Shown here in pieces: positions 57,567 through 64,000 of a stretch of 64,000 nt of DNA. The position numbers were made by a program, and so were the translations under genes. The notes beneath the pieces were generated by a model. It was not told the DNA's origin and made no database searches. It worked only from the letters and a program-made list of their open reading frames with translations. Source of the DNA: a virus (Duplodnaviria; Caudoviricetes); the IMG/VR virus record IMGVR_UViG_3300025121_000013. One strand, 5' to 3'. Within the stretch, counting starts at the first letter, position 1, and each line of letters starts with the position of its first letter.

Positions 57567-58823
57567 TCATTCTTCGAAAAATTCCGGAAGCCTAATTATC
57601 GGGCCTGTCCCTTCAATTTGAGATTCACTGCCTCTGTGATTTAAAATCCATAAAATCGAATGTGGCAAATGACTATCTCCACGAGAATGTTTATCACACT
57701 CTCCATCGGTAAAGACTAAATTAACATCAGAATTAATTTCTTTTAATCTTGCAAGACCTGGTTGTAAAGTAGTTCCATGCCGCCCATGAAATTTAGGTTG
57801 AATGTCTGATATTTTTTTAACTGAATATTCTTTTTGAACTTGTGTATCATTTTCTAAAACGGTGATTGAGACATCTGGATCCTTTTCTAAAATATTTTTA
57901 ATCGATGATAATCCTTCAGCCATGTCGCGCAAACCCATTGATCCAGAGGTATCAATTAAAACCCCTATGGAAAAAGTCCTTTTCCTTTTATAGCCAGGAT
58001 AAGGAAGAATCCTTGTCATTTTCTCCTTGACAATATAAATTTTCTTTTTATTTAAAATCATTCTTCGTTGCATTATAGCTCTTCTACTTTTCTTAACAAA
58101 CCTTCGAATTAATTCATAATATGGCAATGACGCATTAAAAAATTGATTTAAAAGTTCTTCTAAGTTTCCCCCATCAGATCCTCTATTACTTATTCGTTTC
58201 CATTCATCTGCTGCTTTTGACATAACATTTTGTAAATTTCTTAATTCTTTTTCGATATCTTTAGGAATAAGATGCTCATCAAATTTGAATTCCTGGGGGA
58301 TGGATTCATCTTTCATTTTCTTTTCTAATTCATGATAATACCATTCAAAAGCCATATTTCTTGGTAAATTAAACATTTCAGGTCTTGCGACAGGAAAAAA
58401 TTTTCCCATGCATGTAACACCGCCTTTAATATCTCCAACGTCATTAGCTGCCATATCAACCGCAATAGCAAAAATTTCATAATTAAATTTCTCTTTTTTT
58501 ATCTCCTTCAATTCTCTTAATCTAAATAAGTGTTTTAAAATTAAATGATATCCCTCATGAACCAAAACTTTCTCAATATCTTCCTTTGACATTGTAGAAA
58601 AATATTCAGAATTTACGCAAAGGTTTATCTCTTTATTTTCAAGCGCAACAGCACATATTTGTCCCGGAAAATGATATTTTTTATTGACCCTTGAAAATAG
58701 AAAGCCCCAGAAACTGTTTCTGACAATTAAATCACAAATTACACCCTCAACTTTTTCCTTTATCTGTTTCTGAATCTGATCCATTAAGGGTCCTTTCATG
58801 AACTTCGACTCTGAATTTTTCAA
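57567..58823 (-). CDS. DUF2201-like metallopeptidase plus vWA protein
   Basis: LVHEGYHLI (HExxH), A.D.A.N, IDTSGSM, GTTL, VFTDG. Confidence 0.85.
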   Translation of the reverse strand: MKNSESKFMKGPLMDQIQKQIKEKVEGVICDLIVRNSFWGFLFSRVNKKYHFPGQICAVALENKEINLCVNSEYFSTMSKEDIEKVLVHEGYHLILKHLFRLRELKEIKKEKFNYEIFAIAVDMAANDVGDIKGGVTCMGKFFPVARPEMFNLPRNMAFEWYYHELEKKMKDESIPQEFKFDEHLIPKDIEKELRNLQNVMSKAADEWKRISNRGSDGGNLEELLNQFFNASLPYYELIRRFVKKSRRAIMQRRMILNKKKIYIVKEKMTRILPYPGYKRKRTFSIGVLIDTSGSMGLRDMAEGLSSIKNILEKDPDVSITVLENDTQVQKEYSVKKISDIQPKFHGRHGTTLQPGLARLKEINSDVNLVFTDGECDKHSRGDSHLPHSILWILNHRGSESQIEGTGPIIRLPEFFEE

Positions 58824-59943
58824 ACCTCGTTAGATCTCTCATCAATAAAGCTATATATTTAAAAGACTCTTCAGCCTTTATTTTATTAAATTCAGACAAA
58901 AATATTTGAAAAATATCCCTTGGAATCATACAAAAGAATTCAGAGATGCCTTCCTTTTGAGCATCAGTTAACCCAGGGGTATTATTTTTCAAAGTCAAAA
59001 ATAATCCAACTGTCAATTCTGAGGCACTAAAATTATCAGTTTCACAAATTACCTTCACCGCGTCCTTTATTGTTTCAAAATTAAAAATAATTTTATCAGG
59101 GCTAATGGTTTCATTTTTCTGTACATATTCAATGAATTGTGATGACATCCCAGTATTTATCAATCCAGAAATAAGTAAATCAATGCTTTCTATCTCCGAA
59201 GCATTCGTGCTTCTAATTTCCATCAATTTTAAAATTTCTGATACCTTTTCCCAAGATGATGGATTTGCAAATGCCTGCCCATTATGATGAGATTGATTAT
59301 CATAAAGTCTGTCTGTAAAATTCATAATAAAGTTTGTAACAAATGGATGAAATTTAGAATTTATTGCATAATTGATCCATTCTGAAGTACTGCATTCACA
59401 TCCAATATGCAACGACCGTCTCATTCCAGCGGAGTCGTCAATCGTATTCATTGAATAATTATCGTCATCTGGGTTATCAATAGAGACCACAAACCATCCT
59501 CTTGGAAAAGATTTTGTATGAATTCGGCATTCATTCTGAGCTTGCCAAAGAAGCATTTGAAGATTCGTGTCGCCCCTTGAAAATTCGTCTAAAACCAAAA
59601 TTCCAAATTCTTCCTTTGAAGGAACAAAATCTGAATAAAGCATCTTAAATTGATCGGATTCCCCAATCGGATAAGGAATCAAAAAATCATCTCTTGTAAT
59701 AACCGGGCACTTTAATTCAATAAATCCAAACTCAACTTTCAATTCTTCTTGAAGTTCCAATGCAATTTGCCTTAAAATATCAGTTTTTCCAATTCCCGCA
59801 TTTCCAATCAAACGAATAGAAATTTTAATTGGTGATTCTCCATTAAGTATTTTTTTAGTCATTTGGGTAAAATATTTTTTCAAAATTATTTTAGCTTTAC
59901 CTATACTTGTTTTTTGTATATTCAGCTTCTTGATATAGTCCAT
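58747..59943 (-). CDS. MoxR-like AAA+ ATPase
   Basis: GNAGIGKT, LVLDEFSRG, DNP, RR, NPSSW; adjacent to the DUF2201/vWA partner. Confidence 0.85.
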   Translation of the reverse strand: MDYIKKLNIQKTSIGKAKIILKKYFTQMTKKILNGESPIKISIRLIGNAGIGKTDILRQIALELQEELKVEFGFIELKCPVITRDDFLIPYPIGESDQFKMLYSDFVPSKEEFGILVLDEFSRGDTNLQMLLWQAQNECRIHTKSFPRGWFVVSIDNPDDDNYSMNTIDDSAGMRRSLHIGCECSTSEWINYAINSKFHPFVTNFIMNFTDRLYDNQSHHNGQAFANPSSWEKVSEILKLMEIRSTNASEIESIDLLISGLINTGMSSQFIEYVQKNETISPDKIIFNFETIKDAVKVICETDNFSASELTVGLFLTLKNNTPGLTDAQKEGISEFFCMIPRDIFQIFLSEFNKIKAEESFKYIALLMRDLTRFEKFRVEVHERTLNGSDSETDKGKS

Positions 59944-59962
59944 AACCTATTCCCTTCTGTGG

Positions 59963-60000
59963 AAAATAAGGCGAGAGGTTTCATCCCCTCGCCTTATTTT
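59963..60000 (-). terminator. intrinsic terminator
   Basis: AAAATAAGGCGAGGGG-ATGAAA-CCTCTCGCCTTATTTT on minus strand after 60020..60898. Confidence 0.75.
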
Positions 60001-60019
60001 TTTATTTGGTTTCGTATTA

Positions 60020-60898
60020 TTAAATATCTAAATTAAAATCAAACATGTTAGCGATTTTTTCTTTTTGAGAATTGGTTGAGGTATTTTCTTCTTTTGACTT
60101 TTCTTGCGTCTTTGCCGATTCAGAAAACATTTGATCCTTAGATACTTGCTTATTATTTTTTGACCAATCAAATTTTTCATCGAAGTCAGGTAAAAACTTT
60201 TTAGCAATTTTTAATACGGTGAGTACATTTTCTTTTGAAACTTCATTGATGGCCTCAAGTAAGAATACACTTTTAGGCCCGTAATTTGAATCTTCTTTAC
60301 CGACTGTGATCTTTGTTACAACCTTCTTATTATTCACGACCCTTTTTTCAAATTCTTCTTCACCAGGAAATAAAACTAAATCAAAGTTTTCTTCAGAAAG
60401 TTTATCAAGATAATCTCCAACATTTTTATATTTCATTCCATTCGCTCGGATAAAAACTAAAATCGGTTTATTATCTTTATCTATAATCGGCTTTCCTGTT
60501 TGGTCAGTATAAATACCTGACAAAATAATATGTTCTCTACATGTTGAACAAAAACTATCATTTCTTCGTTCCGAGCTATTTTCTGGACAAACTTTTTCTG
60601 ATGATCCTTTAAATGGAGAACTATTTTTATAAGAAAAACATTTTAATTTTCTCTGAGTTCCCATACTAATTTCATTTACAAAAACTTTTTTAACATGTAA
60701 AATTATCATATTTACATCATTGTGATTTGAAGAAACCCCACGTATTTGTAATTTGCCTGGTTCTTCTTTTACCCCAGAACTTTCATTAAATCTTGAGATT
60801 CCACTAATATAAATTGAATGAAAAATTTCATCCTCAGGCGCCACCATTTTTTTCTTACTGGAAGATTCCCCATACAGTCCTTCAAATTCATCCTTCAT
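60020..60898 (-). CDS. probable single-stranded DNA-binding protein
   Basis: replication neighbourhood, C..C.C cluster, low-complexity linker and acidic-aromatic tail MFDFNLDI; own terminator. Confidence 0.45.
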   Translation of the reverse strand: MKDEFEGLYGESSSKKKMVAPEDEIFHSIYISGISRFNESSGVKEEPGKLQIRGVSSNHNDVNMIILHVKKVFVNEISMGTQRKLKCFSYKNSSPFKGSSEKVCPENSSERRNDSFCSTCREHIILSGIYTDQTGKPIIDKDNKPILVFIRANGMKYKNVGDYLDKLSEENFDLVLFPGEEEFEKRVVNNKKVVTKITVGKEDSNYGPKSVFLLEAINEVSKENVLTVLKIAKKFLPDFDEKFDWSKNNKQVSKDQMFSESAKTQEKSKEENTSTNSQKEKIANMFDFNLDI

Positions 60899-60910
60899 GT
60901 TTTATCACCT

Positions 60911-61489
60911 CTATTTATTTGGGGTTAGGAAAAAGTTTTCTCCTTCTGAATAAATTGTAAATACATCATTAAACCAGCACTTCAATCTTTTTCCAGAAAG
61001 TTCTGTTGAAATAAAATCCCTAATTTCTTTTGGCTCAGGAAGTTTAAAATCTGGGGCCATTTGAATTGTAATGGGAGATACCTTCTTTACATTATCTACG
61101 GTTATTGAGGGAATTAATTTTGTATGGGGGCAATACACAATTACCAATTTATCCCCAACCATTCGATAAATTTCGTTCTTGTAAAAAAATAAATTAGTAT
61201 CCAAATCTCTCATAATTCGACCAGACCCCGATCCTATAATTCGAGTGATTGAGGTATGTCTGCGGCACAAAAGGTTCTTTTTCTTAGTATCTTTACAAGC
61301 TTCACAATCTGAATTATCAATTTTAATTTCAGTAAAGATTTCAAAATTTGGATCTGATGCCTTTTGAAAAAAGCTCATAATTCTCTGCTTCGACAAGATA
61401 AATTTCATTAAAGTGATAGGGTAAACTTCTTCATTCTCAACCATTTTTTCAAGGCTAAAAGCATCTAACATCGTTCTCGAACCTTTCAA
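60911..61489 (-). CDS. hypothetical protein with C2-CH zinc motif
   Basis: CEAC......LLCRRH. Confidence 0.6.
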   Translation of the reverse strand: MKGSRTMLDAFSLEKMVENEEVYPITLMKFILSKQRIMSFFQKASDPNFEIFTEIKIDNSDCEACKDTKKKNLLCRRHTSITRIIGSGSGRIMRDLDTNLFFYKNEIYRMVGDKLVIVYCPHTKLIPSITVDNVKKVSPITIQMAPDFKLPEPKEIRDFISTELSGKRLKCWFNDVFTIYSEGENFFLTPNK

Positions 61490-61625
61490 AAAAAGTTTAA
61501 AGAGAAAATAAAAAGTTCAAAAAATAGGTTTACAATTTTTAAAAATTAGTTCATCAATTCAATTAAAAAAATTAATAAACCTTCTCTTCATTTATTAATA
61601 TATATAGATAAAAGGTTAATACATA

Positions 61626-61883
61626 TTAGGTTTCGATTCGTGCAGGTTGCCTATAATTTAATAAATCAAAAAACAAATTTCCCTTAGGAATTTTACTTGA
61701 ATTAGAAATAAGATGTTTTGTATCAATGGGCATCTGGGTATCCACAAAATAAAGAAAACTCCCATTTGAAAAATTAAAAACAACACCATCATGTGTTTCT
61801 TGAACTCCAGTTAATGTTTTTCTGGGGCACGTTAAAATAACGTTTCCTTTCTTAATTGTAACCATAAATTCTTCCATCGTCAT
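61626..61883 (-). CDS. hypothetical protein
   Basis: 85-aa coupled ORF. Confidence 0.55.
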   Translation of the reverse strand: MTMEEFMVTIKKGNVILTCPRKTLTGVQETHDGVVFNFSNGSFLYFVDTQMPIDTKHLISNSSKIPKGNLFFDLLNYRQPARIET

Positions 61884-62473
61884 TTCCTTTCTCGAATCCC
61901 AAGTTCAATTTGTGGTTTTTGTTTATCTGAAATATATACTATCCAAGATAATATTCCATCTTTAAAATATGTTCTTAAAAAAAGAAAAATGAACATATTG
62001 TTTAAATATTTATTAGATAATAAAGAAACTCTATTAATTATTTTATTTCTATTCTCGATAGAAAATTTTTTAATATCAATGAAAATTGTAGGAACAACGC
62101 CCTCCCATAATTCTATTAAAAAATCAAGATTTTTAAAATGTAAAAATTCTAAAAATTCCATAAATAATTTAATATCTTCTTTGGTATAAAATTCCTTCTT
62201 AGATGGAAAACTAAAATTATAAACATTCTCTATTTTATCTAAAATCTTTTCACAAAAAATTTGTAAATATTCATCTGGTAGTTTTAATATATCTTTAATC
62301 TCAATTCGATAAATATTTTCAAAAGTGTCTTTCCCAATATTATCAATTATTTCTATTTCTTGATAATTTAAAAGACCACTATCAATTCTTTGATCTATTT
62401 CTTTTTGATCTTGATCTACCGATGGAATTGGAGTTGTGTCTCCAATTAAAATTTGAGAATTTTCATTATTCAT
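61880..62473 (-). CDS. hypothetical protein
   Basis: 197-aa ORF with RBS GGAG. Confidence 0.6.
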   Translation of the reverse strand: MNNENSQILIGDTTPIPSVDQDQKEIDQRIDSGLLNYQEIEIIDNIGKDTFENIYRIEIKDILKLPDEYLQIFCEKILDKIENVYNFSFPSKKEFYTKEDIKLFMEFLEFLHFKNLDFLIELWEGVVPTIFIDIKKFSIENRNKIINRVSLLSNKYLNNMFIFLFLRTYFKDGILSWIVYISDKQKPQIELGIRERK

Positions 62474-62526
62474 CTTTTCTCCAAAAAGTTACAAAAAAAT
62501 TATTTTAATTTAATCTAAATGTACTA

Positions 62527-63999
62527 TCACTTTGAGAGCATTAAAGAAATAAAATAACTATTCAAAATATCTTTTGTTGGACTCGTTTTTGATTCTTTCC
62601 ATTTTGTTTGACCGGTTTGAATTATATCTGAAACCATTTCATTTTTCATAGCGTGATCATCAGAAAGAGGCCCAAATAATTCTGAAAGAATAGTGGGGCA
62701 ATTGTAGCTCAGTAAAGCCCACGTATCACCCTCTCCAACTCGTTGTCCACCTTCCTTTTTCTTTCCAGCTAAAGGTTGTAATGTTTTTCCAGCGACGGGG
62801 CCTGTACTTCTTACGTGAACTTTCATTTCTCCAATATGTTCTAACTTATAAATATAACTATATCCAAAGGGAACTGGCTTAATTGTTTTTGTCCCATATT
62901 CAGGTAATGTTAAATAATAAGAATCTTGTAAGCCAAGAGATTTCAAGGCTTTTGTTATCTGTTCTTTATTTGGTGATTTAAATGGTGGAACTATGATTGG
63001 AACAAATGACTCTTTTTTAATTTGCTCAATTAATAAATTATAATTTTGATCTGAAAGATTTTTTATTCTATTTATAAAATCAACAGTATATTTTTTATTT
63101 TTTGTATTATCTAATAAACTCAATGTCTTATCAAAAATATTTAAAACATTTATTCTTTTGGGATTTTCGATAATCACCTGAGATAGTTTTTTAGAAATTA
63201 ATCCACAATACATTTCGTACATTTGACCAATATTCATTCGAGAAATGACACCAATAGGATTCATAATAATTTCAACTCTTTCTCCCCAAGGTGTCCTTGG
63301 CATATTTTCTCTTTTTTCAACTAACGAAACTATTCCTTTATTACCAAATCTTCCACATAATTTATCTCCGATATTTATATTCAATTCTTGTTCAATTTTA
63401 AATCTTATAATTAATCCTTTAAAAGGATTTCCTTTTATTGTGAAATTTTGTTTATCAGGTTTTCCATATCTCTGATTAGTTCTTTGAATTAATTCATTCA
63501 ATTTTTGAAACTTTGAACTTGGAAGATTTGACAAAACCTCAATATCAACTATTCTTCCACCCGGACTCTTTTTAATATATTGTCCTGAAGAAATTAAACT
63601 TGAATCGTCGTCATCAATATTATCAAACCCAATCAATTGTTCTATCTCTCCAACAGTTTTTCTTATTATTGGATCACCTTTTTTAATATAAGATCCAATT
63701 TCTGCTAAATATAATAATCTATCATTTTCAGACATAAATATATCTTCAATGATTCCATGGAGTGAAACCATTTTTTGACTTTCAACTAAATCTTCACTTA
63801 TCACAAGACCATCTTCAAAATTATATCCCTTATATGACATATAGCAAGTTGCCAATGTTCTGCCTAACGCAATGGACCCTTTTGAAATGCAACTTCCTTC
63901 AGATATAATTTCATCTTTTTTTACATTATCTCCACTCTTCACAGTATGATTAAAAACGCTTAATGTATTTTTTCCAGAGCCTGATCTTAAATGAACAGG
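62527..63999 (-). CDS. rpoB: RNA polymerase beta-like subunit, copy 2 (5' part outside window)
   Basis: frame open to window edge (PVHLRSGSGKN...); GYNFEDGLVIS, GDKLCGRFGNKG, NPIGVISRMN, GGQRVGEGD. Confidence 0.9.
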   Translation of the reverse strand, partial: PVHLRSGSGKNTLSVFNHTVKSGDNVKKDEIISEGSCISKGSIALGRTLATCYMSYKGYNFEDGLVISEDLVESQKMVSLHGIIEDIFMSENDRLLYLAEIGSYIKKGDPIIRKTVGEIEQLIGFDNIDDDDSSLISSGQYIKKSPGGRIVDIEVLSNLPSSKFQKLNELIQRTNQRYGKPDKQNFTIKGNPFKGLIIRFKIEQELNINIGDKLCGRFGNKGIVSLVEKRENMPRTPWGERVEIIMNPIGVISRMNIGQMYEMYCGLISKKLSQVIIENPKRINVLNIFDKTLSLLDNTKNKKYTVDFINRIKNLSDQNYNLLIEQIKKESFVPIIVPPFKSPNKEQITKALKSLGLQDSYYLTLPEYGTKTIKPVPFGYSYIYKLEHIGEMKVHVRSTGPVAGKTLQPLAGKKKEGGQRVGEGDTWALLSYNCPTILSELFGPLSDDHAMKNEMVSDIIQTGQTKWKESKTSPTKDILNSYFISLMLSK

Positions 64000-64000
64000 A

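Noticed and set aside
2378-63475. Short plus-strand ORFs in the track and nested minus-strand ORFs (15299..15592, 39900..40214, 11925..12137, 2789..2992)
   Set aside because: They overlap well-supported genes, lack RBS or motifs, and have shadow-frame composition
32077-63999. The two beta ORFs as halves of one split subunit
   Set aside because: They contain the same C-terminal motifs, so they are paralogues
1-64000. Cellular (bacterial/CPR) chromosome or integrated prophage
   Set aside because: Terminase, single-strand gene run, divergent RNAP subunits and absence of ribosomal, housekeeping or integrase genes point to a large lytic phage

Overview
AT-rich (about 25% GC by hand count of sample lines), densely coded fragment of a large tailed-phage (jumbo/huge phage-like) genome. 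Essentially every credible gene is on the minus strand and reads in the standard genetic code. No tRNA, rRNA, CRISPR array, integrase or intein was recognised. Core genes: terminase large subunit, a probable baseplate hub protein, ATP-dependent DNA ligase, SbcCD/gp46-47 nuclease pair, SF2 helicase, two-subunit type II topoisomerase, probable SSB, and a multisubunit RNA polymerase (unsplit beta' and beta, plus a second beta paralogue running off the right edge). Accessory genes: RNA-repair enzymes, NADAR and macrodomain hydrolases, three radical SAM enzymes, FolE2, QueD, a heptose kinase, a PurA-like/vWA/J-domain-pseudokinase trio, a MoxR/vWA pair, an orphan MqsA-like protein and a type IV pilin-like protein. 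The standout is 37.8-46.9 kb, an apparently complete phage-encoded ubiquitin-like conjugation system immediately upstream of the RNAP genes. It comprises a stand-alone E2, a degenerate E1, a HeH-Ubl fusion on a sharply bounded ~60% GC island, an intact E1, a JAB peptidase and two giant tandem E2-domain paralogues. All product calls come from motif recognition by eye; no database search was run.
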